Under the pieces are notes generated by a model, which made no database searches, was not told where the DNA came from, and was given only the letters and a program-made list of their open reading frames with translations. Of a DNA stretch of 64,000 nt, positions 46,982 through 56,768 are shown piece after piece. Position numbers and translations under genes: made by a program. Origin of the DNA: Acidobacteriota bacterium (GTDB taxonomy: Bacteria > Acidobacteriota > Thermoanaerobaculia > Gp7-AA8); assembly GCA_019244185.1 (NCBI GenBank), contig JAFATB010000025.1:256001-320000 (forward strand), read 5' to 3'. The stretch's first letter is position 1. Each line of letters begins with the position of its first letter.

Positions 46982-47899
46982 ATGGAATCGGGCGGGGACA
47001 CGGCGCTGGTCGCGGAGCACCTCACGAAAGTCATCGGCGACCGCACGATCGTCGACGACGTTTCGTTCGCGCTGCGCGGCGGCGAGGTGTTCGGCTTTCT
47101 CGGCCCGAACGGCGCGGGGAAGACCACCACGATCCGCATGCTGGTCGGCCTCATCGCGCCGACGCGCGGCAGCATCACCATCTGCGGCCACGACGTGCGG
47201 CGCGACTTCGAGCGCGCGCTGCGCTGCGTCGGCTGCATCGTCGAGAACCCCGATCTCTATCGCTTCATGACCGGACGCGAGAACCTCGAGCACTTCGCGC
47301 GCATGCTCGGCGTCGCATCCGGCGAGATCGAGCGCGTGGCGGCGCTCGTGAATCTCGCGCATCGGCTCGACCAGCGCGTCGGGACGTACTCGTTGGGCAT
47401 GCGCCAGCGGCTCGGCATCGCGCAGGCGCTCCTCGGCGATCCGCGCGTGCTGATCCTCGACGAGCCGGCGAACGGCCTCGATCCGGCCGGCATCCGCGAG
47501 ATCCGCGAGCTGCTGCGCGGCCTCGCCGCCGAGCGCGGCATGGCGGTCTTCGTGTCGAGCCATCTGCTGGCCGAGGTCGAGCTCACGTGCGATCGCGTGG
47601 CCATCATCCATAAGGGCCGGATTCTGAAGACGGGCAGCGTGCGCGAGCTGATCTCCAGCCAGCGCACGATGGAGTTTCGCGTCGACGACGTCGCCCGCGC
47701 GCACGAGCTCTTTCGCGCGCGCGGCGTCGAGGCGGAGTCGTACGACGACACGCTCGTCGCGGCCATCGACGAGACGCAGGCGCCGCCGCTCATCGCGGCG
47801 CTGGCCGAGCAAGGCGTCGGCGTGTTTCATGCGCGCGAGAAGGTGCACACGCTCGAGGAGCTGTTCCTCGAAGCCACGGGAGGAGAAACGGTCGGCTGA
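46982..47899 (+). CDS. ABC transporter ATP-binding protein
   Basis: GPNGAGKTT, YSLGMRQR, LDEP. Confidence 0.95.
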   Translation: MESGGDTALVAEHLTKVIGDRTIVDDVSFALRGGEVFGFLGPNGAGKTTTIRMLVGLIAPTRGSITICGHDVRRDFERALRCVGCIVENPDLYRFMTGRENLEHFARMLGVASGEIERVAALVNLAHRLDQRVGTYSLGMRQRLGIAQALLGDPRVLILDEPANGLDPAGIREIRELLRGLAAERGMAVFVSSHLLAEVELTCDRVAIIHKGRILKTGSVRELISSQRTMEFRVDDVARAHELFRARGVEAESYDDTLVAAIDETQAPPLIAALAEQGVGVFHAREKVHTLEELFLEATGGETVG

Positions 47900-48873
47900 T
47901 GTTCATCGCCCTGGTCCGCAACGAAGTGCTCAAGCTCCTGCGACGCCGCCGCTTCGCGATCGTGGTGGGCATCCTCTTCGTCATCCTCGCGCTCGTGTCG
48001 TATTCGCAGTACCGGCAACTGCGCGAGTTGCGCACGCAGAACTGGCGCGCGGAGCTGCAGGAGCGCATCGCCCGCTACGAGAACCGCATGCGCCGCGGCG
48101 GTCTGAACGACTCGTGGGCGCGGTCGATGCGCGCGGAAGTGCGGCGGCTGCAGTTCTATCTCGACCGCGGGATCAACCCCGAACAGCCGACCGCGCCGCT
48201 CGTCGTGCGCACGTTCGCGAACGCCGCGGGGTTCCTGCTGCTGCCGCTGCTCATCGCCGTCCTCGGCAGCGACATCGTGTCGGCCGAGAACGCGGAAGGC
48301 ACCGACAAGCTGCTGCTGACGCGCGCGCGGCGGCGCTGGAAGATCCTCACCGCGAAGCTCGTCACGCTCTGGCTCTTCGCTTCGCTCACGCTGCTCCTCG
48401 GCGCCGTGATCTCGTACGCCGTCACCGCGCCGGTGCTCCCCGCCGGCGGCTGGGACCTGCCGTCGTTCAACGGCTTCTCGATGTCGGACACCGCGTTCCG
48501 CGTCGACAGCGTGCGCCAGCTGCCGCTCTGGAAAGACGCGCTGCTCGCGTACGGTCTCGAGTGGTACGCGCTCCTCGCCGTCGCCGCGATCGCGCTCATG
48601 CTGTCCGTGCTCTTCAAATCATCCGCGGCGTCGATCGGAACGATGCTCGCCTCGCTCATCGGCGGCACGATCCTCACGCGCGTCAGTCCCGACTGGACGG
48701 CGGGCAAATACCTCTTCATCAGCGCGCTGCCGCTCGCCGACTACTACAGCGGCCAGGCGCCGCCGTACGACGGCATGTCCATGACCTTCTGCATCACGCT
48801 CCTCGGCGCGTGGGCGCTGGCCGCGCTGGGCGTCGCGTACGCGCTCTTCACGCGGCGCGACGTGTTCGGGTGA
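47899..48873 (+). CDS. ABC-2 type permease
   Basis: SDIVSAENAEGTDKLLL; multiple TM segments; FTRRD end. Confidence 0.9.
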   Translation: MFIALVRNEVLKLLRRRRFAIVVGILFVILALVSYSQYRQLRELRTQNWRAELQERIARYENRMRRGGLNDSWARSMRAEVRRLQFYLDRGINPEQPTAPLVVRTFANAAGFLLLPLLIAVLGSDIVSAENAEGTDKLLLTRARRRWKILTAKLVTLWLFASLTLLLGAVISYAVTAPVLPAGGWDLPSFNGFSMSDTAFRVDSVRQLPLWKDALLAYGLEWYALLAVAAIALMLSVLFKSSAASIGTMLASLIGGTILTRVSPDWTAGKYLFISALPLADYYSGQAPPYDGMSMTFCITLLGAWALAALGVAYALFTRRDVFG

Positions 48874-48904
48874 GTTGTGACGCGAGCCCGCTAGAATCGC
48901 CGTC

Positions 48905-49381
48905 ATGAAACTGCGCTCCGCGCTCGCGCTGCTGCTCCTCTGCACTCCCCTCTTCGCCGCCGCGCCCGCGCGCGTGGTCGTGCGCGGACCGTCCGGCGCG
49001 AAGACGTTCACGGCGGCGGAGCTCGCGGCGCTGCCGCAGACGACCGTGACGATCGACGAGCATGGGAAGCGCGGGACGTTTCGGGGAACGGAGCTCGCAC
49101 ATCTGCTGACGGCGGCCGGCGCGCCGTCGGGCGAGAAGCTGCGCGGCAAGGCCATCGCGAGCTACGTGCTCGTCGAAGCGGCCGACGGCTACCGCGCCGT
49201 CTTCGCCGCGACCGAGCTCGATCGCGGCTTCTCCGATCGCCCCGTGATTCTCGCGACGACGCGCGACGGCAAGCCGCTCGATGAGAAAGAAGGTCCGCTG
49301 CGCGTCGTCGTCTCGGGCGAGAAGCGTCCCGCGCGCTGCGTGCGACAGGTGACGCGCATCAGCCTCGTGACGGCGCCCTAA
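48905..49381 (+). CDS. exported molybdopterin-oxidoreductase-domain protein
   Basis: Signal peptide; AADGY, DGKPL...GPLRVVV, ARCVRQV. Confidence 0.8.
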   Translation: MKLRSALALLLLCTPLFAAAPARVVVRGPSGAKTFTAAELAALPQTTVTIDEHGKRGTFRGTELAHLLTAAGAPSGEKLRGKAIASYVLVEAADGYRAVFAATELDRGFSDRPVILATTRDGKPLDEKEGPLRVVVSGEKRPARCVRQVTRISLVTAP

Positions 49382-50691
49382 GCCGCCGGCAGCCAGATCG
49401 TGACGGTCGTCCCCGCGTCGGGACGCGACTGCAGGCGCATGCGTCCGTCGTGCGCCTCGACGATCTCATTGCAGAGCGGCAGTCCGAGACCCGAGCCGCT
49501 CGTCTTGGTCGAATAGAACGGCACCAGCGCCTGCCGCAGCACCTCGTCCGTCATTCCGCGTCCCGCATCCGTCACGCGCAGGATCGCGCCGCCGTCGGTG
49601 CCGCGATGGATCGACACGACGATCGCATCGGGCGCGCTGCCCGACTCGTGCGCGTTCTTCACGAGATTGATGAGCACCTGCTGCAGTTGCGCGCGATCGG
49701 CGTTGAGCTCCGTGCGCGCATCGCCTTCGGTCGCGAACGCGTACAACGCGCGCACGTCGTCGAGCACCTCGCCGATCCGCAGGCGCTCTTTGCGCGGCGT
49801 CGGAATGCGCGCGAATTGCGCGTAGCCTTCGAGGAACGCGCGGAGAAACTGCAGCCGTTCCTCGATCGACTCGTAGATCTCGGCGAGCTTGTGCCGCCGC
49901 TCCGGCTGTTCCTGCGCGATGCGCGCGGAGTGAAACAGAGAGCTGATCGGCGCGATGGTGTTGTTCAGCTCGTGGTTGATCACGCGGATCGCTTTTTTCC
50001 ACACCGCCACTTCCTGCCGCCGCAGCTCGCTCGTCAGCCGCTCGGCGAGGATGAGGCGATGCTCGAGCGTGTTCAGGCGGAACGTGCGCTGCGTGAGGTG
50101 GAACGTCTCGTCCTGACCGGTGCCGTGCAGCGTCACGATCGCGTCCGCCTGCGCGGCCAGCGCGTCGCGCACCGGCGCCTCGAGGCGTGCCGCGATCCCG
50201 GCGAAGCGCGAGCCGTCGAGCCGCGCGCCGCCGGTGAAGAGCTCGCGCGCGGCGGCGTTCGAGTAGACGACGCGATCCGCGCCGTTGAGCAGCACGACCG
50301 CCATCGGCGTGCGCTGCAGGATCGTGTCGAGCAGCAGTTCCTTCTGATAGAGATCCGCGCGTTGCGCGCGCAGCACGTCCGCGACCTCGTTGTAGAGCTG
50401 CTTGATGCCGCCGGTCTCGCGGTCGGCGTGCACGGCCAGGCGCATGCTGAAGTCGCCGTCGCGGAACGCGCGCAGTCCGTCGTCGAGTCCCGTGAGCGCG
50501 ACGTCGACGTGCAGCGCGATGCGATGCGCGCTGCGCAGCATCACCGGAAAGAGAATGAGGAGCGTCGTCGCGCAGGCCGCCGCCTCGTGGATGCCGACGG
50601 CGCGCGCGACGCGCATCAACACGAACGCGAGCACGACCGCGGCGGCGACGTTGCCGAGGACTACCGCGAGGATGCGGGACGAGAGACGCAC
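49378..50691 (-). CDS. PAS-containing sensor histidine kinase
   Basis: HELNNT, NLVKNA, DAGRG, PFYSTK, GLGL. Confidence 0.92.
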   Translation of the reverse strand: MRLSSRILAVVLGNVAAAVVLAFVLMRVARAVGIHEAAACATTLLILFPVMLRSAHRIALHVDVALTGLDDGLRAFRDGDFSMRLAVHADRETGGIKQLYNEVADVLRAQRADLYQKELLLDTILQRTPMAVVLLNGADRVVYSNAAARELFTGGARLDGSRFAGIAARLEAPVRDALAAQADAIVTLHGTGQDETFHLTQRTFRLNTLEHRLILAERLTSELRRQEVAVWKKAIRVINHELNNTIAPISSLFHSARIAQEQPERRHKLAEIYESIEERLQFLRAFLEGYAQFARIPTPRKERLRIGEVLDDVRALYAFATEGDARTELNADRAQLQQVLINLVKNAHESGSAPDAIVVSIHRGTDGGAILRVTDAGRGMTDEVLRQALVPFYSTKTSGSGLGLPLCNEIVEAHDGRMRLQSRPDAGTTVTIWLPAA

Positions 50692-50700
50692 GCCGACACG

Positions 50701-52044
<1,344 letters not shown>

Positions 52045-52065
52045 GACGACGTTCGCTTACGGCGT

Positions 52066-53271
52066 TCAGACGCTCCGGGTTGCGATCGCGGGCGAGACCG
52101 TCGCCGCGCGCATCGCCGGCGGCACGGTGGCCACGAGGCCGTTCAGCCACAGCAGCACCATGCCCACCGCGACCAGATACCACGGCAGCTTCGCATCCGT
52201 GAACTGGCTGACGAGGAAAAAGTTCAGCGCGTACGTCGCCGCGACGCCGAGCACGAGACCGATCGTCGTCACGATCCAGTTCTCGGCGAGGAAGTGGCGC
52301 AGGATGTCGCCCTTCGTCGCGCCGAGGGCGCGGCGCGTGCCGATCTGCTTCGTGCGCTCGGAGACGGACAGCGAGGTGATGCCGACGATGCCCAGCGCCG
52401 TGACGAAGACCAGCAGGACGATCACGCCCGTCATCGCGTTAACGACGAGCTTTCCCCCGCTGAAAAAACCCTCCTTCACCTCCGCGATCGTGCGCGAGCG
52501 GAAGACGCGGCCGCTGTTGACGGCGAGCAGCCGCGCCTCGACCTGCGAGGCGACGGACTTCAGCGCGCCCGGCTCGGTGCGGATCAGATACGCGCCGCCG
52601 CTTTCGTCCCACGCGCGTCCGGGCGTGAAGAGCACGTAATCGCCGATGTCCCAGGCGTACGGGTTGTAGAAGTTGTCGATCACGCCGATGACCGTGCGCG
52701 GGCGCGAGCCGTCGTCACCGGTGCTGATGACGTGGCCGATCGGATTCGCGTCGCCCCACAGCTTGCGCGCGAGTCCGCGGCTGATGATCGTCACCTTCGT
52801 CGACTCGTTCGGATCGGCGGGCGTGTCATTCGCGGTGAAGTTGCGGCCCTCGATGACCTTCACGCCGAGCGTGTCGAAGACATTTCGGGTGGCGGCGTAG
52901 AACTGCGCCTGGAACTTCTCCGGCGTGCCGTCCGCTCGGTACGTGCCGGAGCTGCCGCCGCCCTGCCACGGCAGCAAATGCGTCGCGGCCGCGGCCTTGA
53001 CGCCGGGGATCTTTTCCAGCGCGCGGATGTCGGCGTACGTGACGCTGTCGGAGTAACCCGGCTGCTTGAACTCCGGCGCGAACGGCGCGTACGAGACGGC
53101 GAGCAGGTTGTCGTCGTCGAAGCCTGATTTCTTGATCATCTTCTCGCGCTGGTCGAGGATCATGTTCACCGCGTTGGTGACGATGGCCAGCGTGATCGCG
53201 ATCTCGAGGATGATGAGCGCGAAGCGCGTGCGGTTGTGCCGCATCGCTCGAAGGATGGGTCCGATCGGCAT
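52066..53271 (-). CDS. MacB/FtsX-type ABC permease
   Basis: RTKQIGTRRALGAT; N-terminal TM and large periplasmic domain. Confidence 0.9.
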   Translation of the reverse strand: MPIGPILRAMRHNRTRFALIILEIAITLAIVTNAVNMILDQREKMIKKSGFDDDNLLAVSYAPFAPEFKQPGYSDSVTYADIRALEKIPGVKAAAATHLLPWQGGGSSGTYRADGTPEKFQAQFYAATRNVFDTLGVKVIEGRNFTANDTPADPNESTKVTIISRGLARKLWGDANPIGHVISTGDDGSRPRTVIGVIDNFYNPYAWDIGDYVLFTPGRAWDESGGAYLIRTEPGALKSVASQVEARLLAVNSGRVFRSRTIAEVKEGFFSGGKLVVNAMTGVIVLLVFVTALGIVGITSLSVSERTKQIGTRRALGATKGDILRHFLAENWIVTTIGLVLGVAATYALNFFLVSQFTDAKLPWYLVAVGMVLLWLNGLVATVPPAMRAATVSPAIATRSV

Positions 53272-53280
53272 GATGTCCTC

Positions 53281-54597
53281 CTATTGAATCTTCAGTTGCA
53301 TCGCGGGCGCGACCGAGCAGACGCGCCACGACGGGTAAACGCCGGCCATGAGTCCGGCCACGAGCGCGAGGAACAGCGACACCAGCACCATCTCTCCGTC
53401 GAAGCGGATCATCGCGCCGTTGTTCGGCGCGTACTTGCCGAGGAGATGGAGCAGGCCGACCGAGAGCGCGAGCCCGATCGCACCGCCGAGGATGCCGATC
53501 AGCTCGCACTCGACGACGTGCTGCAGGAAGACTTGCACGCGGCTCGCGCCGAGCGCGCGCCGCACGGAGACCTCCGGCACGCGCGCGAGGAACTTGCCGA
53601 GCAGCAGGCCGACGAGATTGAGCGAGCAGACGACGAGGAACAGCACCGACACGATGCTCATCGACTTCACGCCCGGCGGCGTGATCTGCATCGCTTCCAT
53701 CATCTCCGGCAGCGACGTCACTTCGTTGTGCAGCGGGCGCTGGAAGCGGCCGAGCTTCTTCTGATCGCGCACGTAGTTGTCGACATATTCGCGATACGCC
53801 GTCTGCTGCGCCGTCGTCGGCAGCTCGACCCAGAACTGGATCCAGCACGTCTCCGACTGCAGCCCCGCCTCGTATCCGCCGTCGAACGATTTCCAGCCGT
53901 CGCTGTTGCCCCACGTATAGATCTGCAGGATCGGCGCGATGTTGAACGGGATGAAGATCCCTTCCGTCGGCGAGGCGCCTCGGTGCGTGAGGTCGTACGG
54001 GGCGAAGCCCGGCTTCCAGCTCTCGTCGATGACGCCGACCACTTTGTAGTTGTGATCCTCGATGCGCAGCGTGCGGCCGACGCTGTTGGCGCCGCCGAAG
54101 AGCTTCAGGTTCTGGTCGTGGTCGAGCACGACCACATATTCGGGTTTCGCGTCGGCGCTCTTGTCCCAACCCGAGCCGTACTGGAACGGGAGGTCGAACA
54201 TCGGAAAGAAGTCGCTGAAGACGAGGCGCACCGGCTCGCGGAACGGCCGCGTGGTCTTCGACTCGGGGAAGATGAACATGCGCGACATGAACGAGCCGGT
54301 CTGGCGCGTCGGGATCGTCGAGCGCATCAAGCCGCGCATGTCGCGATACGTGATCTGCGTCGGCAGCGACTTCGGATCGTCGGCGTTGTACGCGCGCTGC
54401 GGATCCCAGTTGTCCATGCGGACGTAAAACAGTTTCTGGCTGTGCCCCGGAACGGGATCTTTCTCGAAGATGTGGCGCAGCGCGATGAACGTCGTGGAGA
54501 CGCAGATGCCGAGGGCGATCGCGCCAATCAGCAGCGACGTCAGGACCGGATTGCGGCGGAGGCTTTTGACCGCGGTGCGAAGGTAGTAAACGAACAT
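53281..54597 (-). CDS. MacB/FtsX-type ABC permease
   Basis: SLRRNP, EVSVRRALGAS. Confidence 0.9.
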   Translation of the reverse strand: MFVYYLRTAVKSLRRNPVLTSLLIGAIALGICVSTTFIALRHIFEKDPVPGHSQKLFYVRMDNWDPQRAYNADDPKSLPTQITYRDMRGLMRSTIPTRQTGSFMSRMFIFPESKTTRPFREPVRLVFSDFFPMFDLPFQYGSGWDKSADAKPEYVVVLDHDQNLKLFGGANSVGRTLRIEDHNYKVVGVIDESWKPGFAPYDLTHRGASPTEGIFIPFNIAPILQIYTWGNSDGWKSFDGGYEAGLQSETCWIQFWVELPTTAQQTAYREYVDNYVRDQKKLGRFQRPLHNEVTSLPEMMEAMQITPPGVKSMSIVSVLFLVVCSLNLVGLLLGKFLARVPEVSVRRALGASRVQVFLQHVVECELIGILGGAIGLALSVGLLHLLGKYAPNNGAMIRFDGEMVLVSLFLALVAGLMAGVYPSWRVCSVAPAMQLKIQ

Positions 54598-54609
54598 GAG
54601 CGTCTCCGT

Positions 54610-55338
54610 TCAGCGCAGCGTCGAGGCGACGCCAGCGGAAGCCTGCGGATGCGTGAGCGTGAGCGGCGGCAGGTCGAGATCGACGACGTGGCCGTCGAGC
54701 ACGTGGATCTGCCGCTGCGCGCGCACGGCGCATTCGGGGCTGTGCGTGACCATGACGATCGTCGTGCCGGCGGCGTTGATGCGGTCGAGCAGGTCCATGA
54801 TCTCGCGCGCCATGAGCGAGTCGAGGTTGCCGGTCGGCTCGTCGGCGAGGATGAGCTTCGGATCGCCGGCCAGGACGCGCGCGATGGCCACGCGCTGCTG
54901 CTGTCCGCCCGAGAGCTGCGACGGCAGATGGCGCGCGCGCGACGAGAGGCCGACCATCTCCAGCGCGCGCTCGATGCGCTGCTTGCGGTCGGACGCGCCG
55001 AGGCCGCGGTAGCGGAGCGGGACGTCGACGTTGTCGAAAACGTTGAGGTCGGGGATGAGATTGAACGACTGGAAGACGAAGCCGATGGCGCGGTTGCGGA
55101 TGCGCGACATCTCGCTGTCCGACAGGCGGCTGACGTCTTTGCCGTCGAGCGTGTACGTCCCCGACTCGAACGTGTCGAGCAGTCCCGCGACGTTGAGGAA
55201 CGTCGTCTTGCCGGAGCCGGACGGCCCCATGACGGAGACGAACTCGCCGGCCTCGACGTGCAGCGAAAAGTTCTCGAGCGCGTGCGTCTCGATCGTGGCG
55301 GTGCGGTAGATCTTCTTGATGTTCTTCATCGTGAGCAT
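54610..55338 (-). CDS. MacB/LolD-type ABC ATPase
   Basis: GPSGSGKTT, LSGGQQQR, ADEPTGNLD. Confidence 0.95.
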   Translation of the reverse strand: MLTMKNIKKIYRTATIETHALENFSLHVEAGEFVSVMGPSGSGKTTFLNVAGLLDTFESGTYTLDGKDVSRLSDSEMSRIRNRAIGFVFQSFNLIPDLNVFDNVDVPLRYRGLGASDRKQRIERALEMVGLSSRARHLPSQLSGGQQQRVAIARVLAGDPKLILADEPTGNLDSLMAREIMDLLDRINAAGTTIVMVTHSPECAVRAQRQIHVLDGHVVDLDLPPLTLTHPQASAGVASTLR

Positions 55339-55358
55339 GGCGTTCGTTCTCCTGTTTC

Positions 55359-56630
55359 CTAGCGCAGCAAAACCGTTTTCTTGTCTCCGAACGACGAGGT
55401 GTCGGAGAGGATGATGCGTTCCCCTTGTTCGAGCCCGCGCAGCACTTCCACTTCACTCGAGCTCGTGGCGCCGAGCGCGATCTCGCGCCGCGTGGCGATG
55501 CCGTTGTCGACCACGTACGCGGTGTGGCCGCCGCCGACGTCGACGAACGCGCCGCGCGCGACTTTGAGCACGTTCTTGCGCGACTCGTAGATCAGCCGCG
55601 TCGTCAGACGCTGGCTCTGTTTGAGCCCCGGCGGCAGCCCACCCTGAAACGCCACCGTGGCCGCAACCTGGCTGTTCGTCACCTCGGGTGACACCGCCGT
55701 CACGCGGCCCGTGTACTCGCGGCCGTTGAACGAGATGACCGCCGGCGTGCCGATCGCGGTCTGCCCCGCGTACTCTTCCGGCAGGTCGAGGTCGAGCTCG
55801 AGCGACGAGAGGTTGACGACCGTGAGCACGGCCTGATTCGGCGCGACCGCGTCGCGGTCCTGCACGGCCACCGCGGCGACCATGCCGTCGAACGGCGCGC
55901 GGATGGTCAAGTCGTTGACTCGTTTCTCGAGATCGGCCGTGACCGATTCCTGCGCGACGAGCTGCTGCTCGCGCGTCTGCAGTTCGAAGGAGAGCGTCTC
56001 GCGCGAGAGGTCGAGCTCCTTGCGCGCCTGCGCGAGCTGGAGCTGCGTCGTCTGCACGTCGTCCTGCGCGGACTCGAAGTCGGCGCGGTTCGTGAGACCT
56101 TCGTTGAACATCTTCTGATTCCGCGCGAGCGAGCGCTTCGCGGCTTCGAGACGCACCGCGAAGAGATCGACCTGCTGCTGCGCGCGGAGCTGCGTCTGCC
56201 GCGCGAGGATCTTCTGGCGCTCCAGCTCCGCGCGCATGGAGATGCGCTGCGCGCGCGCCTGCTCGAGCGACGACTGCAGGTCTTTGCCGTCGACCACCGC
56301 GAGGACGTCGCCCGCATGCACCTGCGAGCCCGCTTTCGTGCGCAGCGAGACGATGCCCTGTCCCGCGCTGAAGAGCGTCGGATGCAGCGCCGCGACCACG
56401 CGCCCTTGCACCGAGATATCGCTCTGCAAGTCGCCGCGCGCGACGGTCGCATAACGGAGCGTCGTGCCGTCGACCGCGCCGTCCGCGCTCAGCCAGCGAT
56501 GGATCGAGGGAAACAGCACGATGCCGACGAGCAGCACCGCGCCGATGACGATGGCCGCGACGATGGCCGGCGTCCGCAGATTGCGCGACGCGACCACCGG
56601 CCGGTCCATGGAAGACGTATCGTGAATCAT
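55359..56630 (-). CDS. efflux membrane fusion protein (MacA-like)
   Basis: N-terminal TM, coiled coil, IRAPFDG. Confidence 0.9.
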   Translation of the reverse strand: MIHDTSSMDRPVVASRNLRTPAIVAAIVIGAVLLVGIVLFPSIHRWLSADGAVDGTTLRYATVARGDLQSDISVQGRVVAALHPTLFSAGQGIVSLRTKAGSQVHAGDVLAVVDGKDLQSSLEQARAQRISMRAELERQKILARQTQLRAQQQVDLFAVRLEAAKRSLARNQKMFNEGLTNRADFESAQDDVQTTQLQLAQARKELDLSRETLSFELQTREQQLVAQESVTADLEKRVNDLTIRAPFDGMVAAVAVQDRDAVAPNQAVLTVVNLSSLELDLDLPEEYAGQTAIGTPAVISFNGREYTGRVTAVSPEVTNSQVAATVAFQGGLPPGLKQSQRLTTRLIYESRKNVLKVARGAFVDVGGGHTAYVVDNGIATRREIALGATSSSEVEVLRGLEQGERIILSDTSSFGDKKTVLLR

Positions 56631-56647
56631 GATCGCGGTCGCTTAGC

Positions 56648-56747
56648 GCAACCGCGATGCCATGCACGCTTCCTTTGTTTTCAACGATTTACAGAGTCCG
56701 GAAGTCTGTCCGCGTGACAGGTGTCCGCGGACAGATGTCCGCGGACA
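56648..56747 (-). promoter_or_regulatory. sigma54 promoter with IHF-like site and triple enhancer palindrome
   Basis: TGGCATCGCGGTTGC on minus strand (56662-56648); TTTCAACGATTTA at 56679-56691; TGTCCGCG(T)GACA at 56707, 56722 and 56736. Confidence 0.8.
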
Positions 56748-56768
56748 CGCTGCGATCCCATTGCCGCG

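Noticed and set aside
56707-56747. Tandem palindromes as a mini-CRISPR
   Set aside because: Spacers are only 2 bp, and the position fits a sigma54 enhancer
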